Shown here: positions 1 through 7,488 of the stretch, one piece after another
Layout: each line of letters opens with the position of its first letter
How positions within the stretch are numbered: the stretch's first letter is position 1
Assembly: GCA_044356295.1 (NCBI GenBank)
Contig: JBIKWN010000060.1
Location: 1-15,103, forward strand
DNA: 15,103 nucleotides
From: Bdellovibrionota bacterium
Lineage (GTDB): Bacteria > Bdellovibrionota_C > UBA2361 > JBIKWN01
Reading direction: 5' to 3'
Translations under genes and position numbers: made by a program
The notes under the pieces: model-generated
Databases searched by the model: none
What the model was told of the DNA's origin: nothing
The model's input: only the letters and a program-made list of their open reading frames with translations

Positions 1-1113
1 CTTTATGAGGGAAGCCCAGGATTTGGAAGCTTTTCTTATAGATTGAGGTTCCAAGGCGCAGGGGATAAGCGTTGATGTTGATTCAGGGCTAGAGTTATTA
101 GTCGACTGTTTCTTTTGAACAGATCTAGTCCTAGAGGAGTAAGCGCCGTAATACCGAGTAGTAGATTCCCATTTATTAGGAATGTGGGCAGTAACCCTAG
201 CTAAGAATTCTAGAGCAGAAAATTCGTGGGGCTTTGGGTCTTTCTCTGTTACGTAAGTAACAATGTCGTCATCAATCTGGATTTTAGAATTAGCAACAGG
301 TCCTCTATCAATGTATCGAGCAAGAAACAGTCGAAATGAGTCATCGGTTGGGTCGACTCTTTCCCCCATCCAACCGCTAAAGCCAGTATGTTTTTGAGAC
401 ATTAAGTAATCAATATTATCTTGAGTGATAAGTTCTATATGAAGAAGTGATTTTAGAACTTTGTGGGTGAATAGTTCTTGTAGTGATCTATTATCAATAG
501 CTGGTAATTCATAAAAGGTATCACCATCGAAAGTTCCTGAAGTAACAATTCCATGAATATGGGGGTTAAAGTTTAGGGATTCACCAGCAGTTTGAAATGT
601 CAGAGCAGCTCCAGGAATCCCAGCACCTACTATTTTGTATAGCTCTAGCAGAGTCTCCCAAGCTGATTTAAATAAGATACTTCCAAGTGAGCGATTGTAC
701 TTAAAGAAGACTCTTATTCGCTTAGGGAGTGAAAACACAACGTGCCGATGAGCTACTGGCTTTAGGATTTCAGAGTGTAAGTGCTCTGCAAATATTAGAG
801 CTCGTTTGGTGTCACAAGAAGGACAGATTCCGCGTCGCTTACAAGAGAAAGCAACGACTGTGTTGTATTTGCAAGAATCACAAAGGATTCTTGCGCAGCC
901 ATGCACTAGAATACCGCAGTTTAGATATTTATCTATGGCATCGAGGACTTCGAATCTAAGGGAGCCAAATTTTTGTTGAAAGTTATGCTCCCACTGGTAT
1001 TCTAGGTTTTGTCGTTCTTGATAGGCAATACGATACAAGCTTGAAGTTTCAGGGTATCTTCGCTTGTAGTGGTAGGATTTTGATTTAGTTGATTCCCATG
1101 AGTAAGCTTGCAC
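1..1113 (-). CDS. IS91/ISCR-family rolling-circle transposase, copy 1 (3' end runs off the window)
   Basis: Hand translation from GTG 1113 is open for 371 codons to position 1 (MQAYSWESTKSKSYHYKRRYPE...CGILVHG...CDSC...SCKRRGICPSC...FNPHIHG...FLARYIDRGP...RYYGAYS...KSWASLIK). It is collinear with 3517..4629 at a constant offset of 3516. Probably absent from the ORF track because there is no stop in the window. Confidence 0.93.
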   Translation of the reverse strand, partial: MQAYSWESTKSKSYHYKRRYPETSSLYRIAYQERQNLEYQWEHNFQQKFGSLRFEVLDAIDKYLNCGILVHGCARILCDSCKYNTVVAFSCKRRGICPSCDTKRALIFAEHLHSEILKPVAHRHVVFSLPKRIRVFFKYNRSLGSILFKSAWETLLELYKIVGAGIPGAALTFQTAGESLNFNPHIHGIVTSGTFDGDTFYELPAIDNRSLQELFTHKVLKSLLHIELITQDNIDYLMSQKHTGFSGWMGERVDPTDDSFRLFLARYIDRGPVANSKIQIDDDIVTYVTEKDPKPHEFSALEFLARVTAHIPNKWESTTRYYGAYSSRTRSVQKKQSTNNSSPESTSTLIPCALEPQSIRKASKSWASLIK

Positions 1114-1150
1114 TCATAGTAATTCGTGGAAATTTAATTAGAGTTTCTTG
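1..1150 (-). mobile_element. IS91/ISCR-like element copy 1 (partial); putative ter-side boundary near 1150
   Basis: Nucleotide similarity to copy 2 continues ~36 bp upstream of the GTG (...taattagagtttctt) and then stops. The + strand reads CTTG at 1147-1150. Confidence 0.7.
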
Positions 1151-1196
1151 GTGTTTTAAAATGATCGTGATAAGAGTATTTAAACTTGGCGCTCTG

Positions 1197-1297
1197 GCCC
1201 TGCGGTCGCCTGGTTGGCGGACCGGTTGAACTCATAATTTGACGGATGGCATCGAATGCGATTTTAAGGCGACGCCTTGCTCAGTAAACGCGTAGAG
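1197..1297 (-). pseudogene. ORF6N-domain protein remnant with internal deletion
   Basis: The minus strand gives LYAFTEQGVA (1297-1268), joined in another frame to KIAFDAIRQIMSSTGPPTRRPQG (1265-1197). These match, from memory, the ORF6N-family motifs PYAFTEQGVAML and C-terminal FKVVFDAIRQLM..PP..RRIGF, with the intervening segment missing. Confidence 0.75.
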
Positions 1298-1492
1298 AAG
1301 ACTATTTTAAGAAAACAGAATCTGACGTATTCTTTGCATCAGAAAAATTGCTGCAACAATACCTTGAAGACACTCGACCAAAGCCAACATCCGCTCAGAA
1401 AAAATCAAAGTGAGCACCTGCGTCAATTCGCGCAACGTCTTAAGCAAGTCGGTGCTGCGCCGTTTGTATTGTTTATGCTTGAAGCTCATTAG
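1288..1492 (+). pseudogene. Possible fragment of two overlapping host genes (C-terminus of one, truncated N-terminus of the next)
   Basis: One frame reads RREDYFKKTESDVFFASEKLLQQYLEDTRPKPTSAQKKSK* with no start. An overlapping frame reads ...SEHLRQFAQRLKQVGAAPFVLFMLEAH*. The composition is protein-like but I cannot name a family with confidence. Confidence 0.3.
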
Positions 1493-1578
1493 TCAAACAG
1501 AATTTAATTTCTGCTAAATATATTTTCGTGTGAAAAACTTAATCTGATTAGGTTTGGGAGCTAAAAAATGAGAGCATC

Positions 1579-3006
1579 TTAAGAGAATATATCCTTCATC
1601 TGGATGATTTTACTAAAATAACCCTTTGCAAGAAGATCGGCGGTCACCCCGTTTGGCGCAATTAAAACCCTATCAATTGAAAAATTCTTAAAGGTATTAT
1701 GAATTGAGAGCCTTGATATTTTTTCATCAACTTCGGTAACCACATCGAGCCCAATCTTTTGCTCTTTGTATTTTATTTCACATATAGTTAAAACTTTATC
1801 TTTTCTCTTGTACATCAGATCAATCTGTAGTCCTTGACCTAATTCTTCTTTTACGTAATAGGGACCAACGTCGTATTTTACGCTCGAAAAGCCCAGTATC
1901 TCTGCGATTTTTCTCTGAAAGGTAAGGCAGTATTTTTCTAAAGTGTATCCGAGGTGCTGTCTATAGTGATCATAGCTTATACATTCTTGAGGAGCCTTGG
2001 TGTAATCGCCTCTGAGAATCTTTTCAAGATTTGGCTTTATGAACTTATAGTAGAACATCAGATAGTAATCACTTATAAAGTACTTTTCATCACGTTTTGA
2101 AATCTGATATTTAAGAGGTGAATATCTTCCAATAAATCCACACAAGATAAGATCATTAAAAATCTTTGTATTTGTACCTCCTGCCGAAAACTTTCCCTTT
2201 GTTTGAAGTTCATTCTTATTTTTTGAACCGTACTTACCTAAAATTTCAATAACTTTATGATAGTTTTCATTCTTTGCAAGACTACTTACAAAAACTCTCT
2301 CAGCCTCATTTGTAAAATATCCTCCTTGTCGTACTGCATTACTCAACAAGGATAGATAGACCGAGCTTTCTGTGGATAAGTATTTTAAATACTCAGGTAT
2401 GCCACCGGCTAACAAATATGCATCAAGAACTTCACCAAAAGATTTTTCTGGGCCCAAAATTTGATGTGCGGCATGAATCGAGAGTTCGTTCACTGGAAAC
2501 TCATACTGTGACCGGTTATAGAGTGCACTCGACTTCATAACTTTGTTAATCAAAAACGAAGGGGAAGATCCACAAAGAATTAGTATGAGCTTGTTATTTT
2601 TCTGCCAAAAATTATCCCAGACATATTTCAAATCTGTTACAAGATTGTCTTTGTAATCAGCCATCCACTGGATCTCTTCGAGATAGAGTGTGACTTCTTT
2701 ATCTTCCAAGTATTTATTTACAACGAGAAAAGTTTCTCTCCAATTTTTAGTTTTTATTTTTGAGATATTTTTATCCCCAACTTGTTCTGCGAGTTGATCG
2801 AGAAAATTTTCGCGTTGAAACCGTTCTCTTTTATTTTCAATACCTTCAATTTTCAGTAAGTTTCTATTCCCAAAAGCATGATGAATAAGTGTCGTTTTTC
2901 CCACGCGGCGCCTTCCATACACTACAATAATTTTTGCAAAGGGTTCCTGAGCTATAGATTGCAATCGTGTAGTTTCGTCCTCTCTACCACGTATTTTATT
3001 GTCCAT
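1579..3006 (-). CDS. AAA ATPase (archaeal-ATPase/ATPase_2 type) with C-terminal DUF234-like PD-(D/E)XK domain
   Basis: N-terminal GRExE motif, Walker A GRRRVGKT, Walker B-like LYLEEIQW, LILCGSS, GGIPEYL, and C-terminal QIDL...ICEIKY. Start moved from TTG 3042 to ATG 3006 (MDNKIRGRE) on promoter geometry and typical family N-terminus. Confidence 0.88.
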   Translation of the reverse strand: MDNKIRGREDETTRLQSIAQEPFAKIIVVYGRRRVGKTTLIHHAFGNRNLLKIEGIENKRERFQRENFLDQLAEQVGDKNISKIKTKNWRETFLVVNKYLEDKEVTLYLEEIQWMADYKDNLVTDLKYVWDNFWQKNNKLILILCGSSPSFLINKVMKSSALYNRSQYEFPVNELSIHAAHQILGPEKSFGEVLDAYLLAGGIPEYLKYLSTESSVYLSLLSNAVRQGGYFTNEAERVFVSSLAKNENYHKVIEILGKYGSKNKNELQTKGKFSAGGTNTKIFNDLILCGFIGRYSPLKYQISKRDEKYFISDYYLMFYYKFIKPNLEKILRGDYTKAPQECISYDHYRQHLGYTLEKYCLTFQRKIAEILGFSSVKYDVGPYYVKEELGQGLQIDLMYKRKDKVLTICEIKYKEQKIGLDVVTEVDEKISRLSIHNTFKNFSIDRVLIAPNGVTADLLAKGYFSKIIQMKDIFS

Positions 3007-3035
3007 ATCTAATATTATATATGCAATATGGACAA
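2999..3035. promoter_or_regulatory. Perfect 10-bp inverted repeat (operator-like) bracketing the -10 box and overlapping the start codon
   Basis: TTGTCCATAT (2999-3008) - 17 bp - ATATGGACAA (3026-3035). Confidence 0.55.
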
Positions 3036-3042
3036 AATACAA
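3007..3042 (-). promoter_or_regulatory. Sigma70-type promoter for the ATPase gene, predicted leaderless transcript
   Basis: Minus strand: TTGTAT (3042-3037), 17-bp spacer, TATAAT (3019-3014), 7 nt, then ATG at 3006. No Shine-Dalgarno sequence. Confidence 0.7.
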
Positions 3043-3064
3043 TATTAATTATTGTCTGTATTTA

Positions 3065-3083
3065 GACAAGAAAATTCAAAACC
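3065..3083 (-). other. Putative oriIS terminus of IS91-like copy 2
   Basis: Minus strand GGTTTTGAATTTTCTTGTC lies ~300 bp downstream of the transposase stop. It resembles the IS91/IS1294/ISCR oriIS terminal pattern (approximately G.TTTT.AA.TTCCTAT.C, from memory). Confidence 0.5.
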
Positions 3084-3109
3084 CGAACCCGATTCAAAAT
3101 CCGAATCCT
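3074..3109 (+). repeat. Two imperfect tandem 18-bp units at the putative oriIS
   Basis: attcaaaacccgaacccg (3074-3091) and attcaaaatccgaatcct (3092-3109), 15/18 identical. Confidence 0.6.
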
Positions 3110-3381
3110 CGCCAATCGAAGCCATTGAGTTTGTAAAATTGATATAAAAGTCTTTGAGTTGAGTCAGGAATCATCATATTAGCTGAGCAAATAGATTTTA
3201 GTTGAATATTTTAAAAAGTGTAATCAAGGTATAAGTTATTGAACTTTGGTAGTTAGATCGATTCTAGGGTAGGAGATACCGAGTTGGCGATTGTAGAAGC
3301 CAAGATTGATATCAAAAAAGTCACTCTTCAAAGGGGGCAAGAGTAGGTTCACTACTAGGAGGGGCGTTAGACTTAATTGGT

Positions 3382-4629
3382 TTAAGGGGTAGTCCAACTG
3401 GGAATACCAAGATTTTTAAGAAGCCTGTTAACTTCTTTAGAATCAGTAATAAAAGAAACAACCCGCATAGTGGCACTACACTTTGGACAAATCAGCGGGT
3501 CGACTTCGAATACGCGCTTAATAAGGGCAGCCCAGGATTTAGAAGCTTTTCTCATTGATTGAGGCTCCAAGGAGCAGGGGATAATAGTAGTTGCTGATTC
3601 GGAATCAGAATTATCAATCGATTTCTTCTTCTGCACAGATCTAGTCCTAGAGGAATAGGCACCATAATACCTAGTAGTGGATTCCCACTTGTTTGGAATA
3701 TGGGCAGTAACTCTAGCTAAGAATTCCAAAGCAGAAAATTCGTATGTCTTCGGGTCCTTCTCAGTAAGGTAAGTAACAATATCGTCATCAATCTGTATTT
3801 TAGAATTAGCAACAGGTCCTCTATCGATGTATCTAGCAAGAAAAAGCCTAAATGATTCATCAGTTGGGTCGACTCTTTCCCCCATCCACCCACTAAAGCC
3901 TGTGTGCTTTTGCGACATTAGATAATCAATATTATCTTGAGTAATGAGCTCTTTTTGGAAAAGTGCTTTTAGAACTTTGTGGGTGAATAGTTCTTGTAGT
4001 GATTGATTATCGATAGCTGGCAATTCATAGAAGCTATCCCCGTCAAAAGTACCTGAAGTAACAATACCGTGAATGTGAGGGTTAAAGTTTAGGGATTCAC
4101 CGGCAGTTTGAAATGTCAGAGCAGCTCCAGGAATCCCAGCGCCAACTATTTGGTATAACTCTAGCAGAGTTTCCCAAGCAGATTTAAATAAGATACTTCC
4201 AAGTTTTCTGTTGTACTTAAAGAACACTCTAATTCGCTTAGGTAGTGAAAACACAACGTGCCGATGAGCTACTGGCTTTAGGATTTCAGAGTGTAAGTGC
4301 TCTGCAAATATTAATGCTCTTTTTGTATCACAAGATGGGCAAATTCCACGTCGCTTACAAGAGAAAGCAACAACTGAACTATGTTTACACGCATCGCAAA
4401 GTATCCTAGCGCAGCCATGCACTAGAATACCGCAGTTGAGATATTTATCGATTGCATCTAAGACTTCAAATCGAAGGGCGCCAAACTTTTGTTGAAAGTG
4501 TAGTTCCCACTGGTATTCTAGGTTTTGACGTTCTTGATAGGCGATACGATACAAGCTTGAAGTTTCAGGAGATCTTCGCTTGTAGTGGTACGATTTTGAT
4601 TTAGCTGTTGTCCATGAGTGTTCTCGCAC
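3382..4629 (-). CDS. IS91/ISCR-family rolling-circle transposase, copy 2
   Basis: Zn-binding N-domain (CG...CxxC...SCKRRGICPSC), HVVFSLP, HUH motif PHIH, catalytic Tyr in FLARYIDRGP, RYYGAYS, and C-terminal WAALIKRVFEVDPLICPKC. Confidence 0.93.
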   Translation of the reverse strand: MREHSWTTAKSKSYHYKRRSPETSSLYRIAYQERQNLEYQWELHFQQKFGALRFEVLDAIDKYLNCGILVHGCARILCDACKHSSVVAFSCKRRGICPSCDTKRALIFAEHLHSEILKPVAHRHVVFSLPKRIRVFFKYNRKLGSILFKSAWETLLELYQIVGAGIPGAALTFQTAGESLNFNPHIHGIVTSGTFDGDSFYELPAIDNQSLQELFTHKVLKALFQKELITQDNIDYLMSQKHTGFSGWMGERVDPTDESFRLFLARYIDRGPVANSKIQIDDDIVTYLTEKDPKTYEFSALEFLARVTAHIPNKWESTTRYYGAYSSRTRSVQKKKSIDNSDSESATTIIPCSLEPQSMRKASKSWAALIKRVFEVDPLICPKCSATMRVVSFITDSKEVNRLLKNLGIPSWTTP

Positions 4630-4679
4630 TCATAGTTATTCGTTGAAATGTAATTAGAGTTTCTTAGTTCAACGTATGA

Positions 4680-4817
<138 letters not shown>

Positions 4818-4874
4818 CGTATATCTAAAGAGTAAGTATTCGCCATTCGCCCACACGCTGCAGGCTATAACAGA

Positions 4875-6101
4875 CTACGAGCTCAAAAGATTTTCTAGAT
4901 TTTCATCAGATTGCATCTCATGGCCAACAAACTTTTTATAAGCATTCATATAATTAATAAACGCTTCGTATGGACTTTCATATGGGCTGAAGTATGCATG
5001 CACATCTCCATCAGCAAACCATTTAGTACACATATAGTAAAAATGATCAGAGGTTAATAATTTTCTCCAGATATCTAGTACTACACTATTATCCTGATGT
5101 CGCAACGTTGCTCCGAGGTTAAATGCTCTTGATAGGGAACTCTGCTGCATATTGTTGCCCTGCCAAGCAGTCAGATCTCTATCCTCATCAGCCCAAGAGG
5201 TCAGTCTATGAAAAGGAAGATCACTTACAGGTTTATAACTCTGTATAACCTCGGATGGAGTTTTAAAATCCCAATCAGGATGACGAAGAATTTCTTCGGG
5301 AAGATAATCAAGGAATTCAAAGATCCCTGTGCTTTCCCATTGATGCTCTCCAAAAGTCTCATAATCCATAAAGAGGTTCACAACTTCACCGTTGCCATTT
5401 ATATTATGAACCCATGATGCAAATATATCTGCTGTTAAAGGATAGCTTTCCCAGTTCCTATTAGAAAATCTAAAGGCGATATCGTCTGAAAGTCTGTAAT
5501 TTTTCAATAAGAGCTTTAACTGACGATCGCCAGATTGAGTCCCAGGTACAGAATATAAAAAATTAGGGGACCTCCAGCCAAGGATATCGTCAGCTCCCTC
5601 AGCAATGACTGCATCAAATCCAAGCTCATTAACCATGCGTCCAATCTCATCAGAGTAGATAAGCTCAGTATTGCGAAAAACACGCGGTCTCTGGCCAAAC
5701 AAAGACAGAGTGATGTCACTGTGCTTCTTTACTTGAACTTGAAACTCATATGGATCGTATACTGAGGCTAGTGAGTGGTAATACGTTTCACTAAGAAACT
5801 CAACACATCCTGTTTTGGACAGCTCGATAAAAGAAGCAAGAGTCTCTGGAGAATACATATCCATCTGCTCTAATGCAGTTCCAGTGATAGAGTAGCTGAT
5901 TTTAAATCTGCCCTGATTTTTATCGATAAGTTCGAGCATTTTTCGATTAGTCGGCAGATAACATTTCTCTGCAACTTTTCGAAATATCGCGCCATTTTTA
6001 GCATCATCAAAATACGACGAGCTACTATTTTGATTAAATACCGTGTGAGAAGAGAGTCTAAAGGGTTGGTGAACCTGAAAATAAAAACAGACTGATGGCA
6101 T
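4875..6101 (-). CDS. Glycoside hydrolase family 57 (alpha-amylase-like)
   Basis: FQVHQP, ETYYHSL, FRNTEL (nucleophile Glu), MDYETFGEH (acid/base Asp), TSDHFYYM. ATG 6101 (MPSVCFYF) is preferred over 6122: it follows AGGA and lies just after the upstream stop. Confidence 0.93.
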   Translation of the reverse strand: MPSVCFYFQVHQPFRLSSHTVFNQNSSSSYFDDAKNGAIFRKVAEKCYLPTNRKMLELIDKNQGRFKISYSITGTALEQMDMYSPETLASFIELSKTGCVEFLSETYYHSLASVYDPYEFQVQVKKHSDITLSLFGQRPRVFRNTELIYSDEIGRMVNELGFDAVIAEGADDILGWRSPNFLYSVPGTQSGDRQLKLLLKNYRLSDDIAFRFSNRNWESYPLTADIFASWVHNINGNGEVVNLFMDYETFGEHQWESTGIFEFLDYLPEEILRHPDWDFKTPSEVIQSYKPVSDLPFHRLTSWADEDRDLTAWQGNNMQQSSLSRAFNLGATLRHQDNSVVLDIWRKLLTSDHFYYMCTKWFADGDVHAYFSPYESPYEAFINYMNAYKKFVGHEMQSDENLENLLSS

Positions 6102-6102
6102 A

Positions 6103-7488
6103 TTAGTTCCTGATAAATTCACTATAAAGATTTACTGTATGAGAGGCTGCAACGTCCCAATGAACTCGTTTTATCTCTTCTCGAGCCATTGTGATCATAT
6201 CCTCCCTCAGTTCTGTATGTTTAAGAGTATTAATGATGAGATCTGCGAGACGATCGATGTCCCAAAAATCAACTTTTAATACATTTTTTAGAACTTCTGA
6301 GACGCCAGATTGCTTAGAGATAATTACGGGCGTATCAAAGGATATGGCCTCAAGGGCAGAGAGCCCAAACGGCTCTGAAACAGATGGCATTACATAGAGA
6401 TCAGCAGCGGCAAACATCTCCTCAAACTGTGTTCCACTTAAAAACCCTGGAAAGCGAAAGTTTTTTTCCATTCCTAATTCCTGCACCCGTGCGATTAATT
6501 GAGGTAGCATGTCACCAGTTCCTGCCATTACAAATGCAGCATCGGGAATATGTTCGATAACCTTCGATGCAGCTTCTACTAGATAGTCAGGACCCTTTTG
6601 AAAGGTCATCCTTCCTAGAAAAAGAACAATCTTACCAGGACATCCAAGGCCGGTCTTATATTGGTTAGTGACCTTACGGGGGTAGATCCCGTTATGAATG
6701 ACAGTAATCTTTTCGTTGGGAATACCATGCTGAGCCTGAATTATTGAGCGGGTATAATGGCTGACTGCAATAATTTTATCTGCTTTCTCTAGCCCATGTT
6801 TTTCGATTGCATGTATCTGATTATTTACCTGTTGACCACTTCTGTCGTATTCAAGGCTGTGAATATGGACTACAAGAGGCTTTCCAGTTAGATTTTTTAA
6901 AGCAATAGCAGCAGGAAATGTCATCCAGTCATGCGCATGGATGATATCACCCTTGAAATCGTTAAAGAGAGAGATAGCTGCAGCTGCAAATTTTTCAACT
7001 ACTTCGAAGATATTGCTACCATAATGTCCATGGGTAGTATCAGTGCCTTTTTGAGCGAGATACTGATTAGCACTCAAGACTAACTGTTTGCGGTATTGAT
7101 GGGAATCAAGAGGGCACTCCTTATCAAATGCATCTACACATAAAAGATTGAGAGAATCAGTATAATTTTTTTGTGAGGTATCTTTGGCGTAGGCACCAAA
7201 TTGAATTAATTCTTTGGTTGCTTGCAAAGATGATGGAGAGAGATGAGAAGGGGTATCTTTAGAAGATTTATCAGAAACGTCTGTTTCAATATTGATTGAT
7301 TTTTGTGATTCTGAGAATGCACTCTCTATCTTCATGTAAGGCGCATTTTCACCACCATATAAATGTGGCAATAAGAAAGAGATATTAATATTTTTTCTTG
7401 ATAGGCCCTGTGCAAGTCCTTCACAAGCTGTTCCTAAACCGCCACTAATGTGAGGGGGAAACTCCCAACTTAGCATTAATATCTTCAA
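6103..7488 (-). CDS. GT4-family glycosyltransferase, glycogen synthase-like
   Basis: WEFPPHISGGLG, IIHAHDWMT, FLGRMTFQKG, PSVSEPFGLSALEA. Likely start is TTG 7488, preceded by GGAGG (7497-7493); the track start is 7515. Confidence 0.9.
   Translation of the reverse strand: MKILMLSWEFPPHISGGLGTACEGLAQGLSRKNINISFLLPHLYGGENAPYMKIESAFSESQKSINIETDVSDKSSKDTPSHLSPSSLQATKELIQFGAYAKDTSQKNYTDSLNLLCVDAFDKECPLDSHQYRKQLVLSANQYLAQKGTDTTHGHYGSNIFEVVEKFAAAAISLFNDFKGDIIHAHDWMTFPAAIALKNLTGKPLVVHIHSLEYDRSGQQVNNQIHAIEKHGLEKADKIIAVSHYTRSIIQAQHGIPNEKITVIHNGIYPRKVTNQYKTGLGCPGKIVLFLGRMTFQKGPDYLVEAASKVIEHIPDAAFVMAGTGDMLPQLIARVQELGMEKNFRFPGFLSGTQFEEMFAAADLYVMPSVSEPFGLSALEAISFDTPVIISKQSGVSEVLKNVLKVDFWDIDRLADLIINTLKHTELREDMITMAREEIKRVHWDVAASHTVNLYSEFIRN

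Larger units (their letters stand above)
3065..4670 (-). mobile_element. IS91/ISCR-like element copy 2 (~1.6 kb, boundaries inferred)
   Basis: Transposase plus oriIS-like motif at 3065-3083. Homology to copy 1 ends near 4665, followed by GTTC at 4667-4670. No terminal inverted repeats or target duplication seen, as expected for this family. Confidence 0.65.

Noticed and set aside
729..959. 76-aa plus-strand ORF
   Set aside because: Antisense shadow of transposase copy 1; no recognisable motifs.
1413..1456. Fold-back agcacc...ggtgct with inner tgcg/cgca stem, considered as tRNA-like or attC
   Set aside because: No T-loop/anticodon geometry, no RYYYAAC...GTTRRRY pair, and no integrase in the window.
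1307..1489. 60-aa minus-strand ORF in frame with the ORF6N remnant
   Set aside because: Lacks the ORF6N N-terminal motifs and is separated by a stop; not supported as a gene.
3221..3243. IHF-like motifs (aatcaaggtataa / ataagttattgaa) inside element 2
   Set aside because: Each mismatches the consensus and the region is AT-rich, so a chance match is likely.
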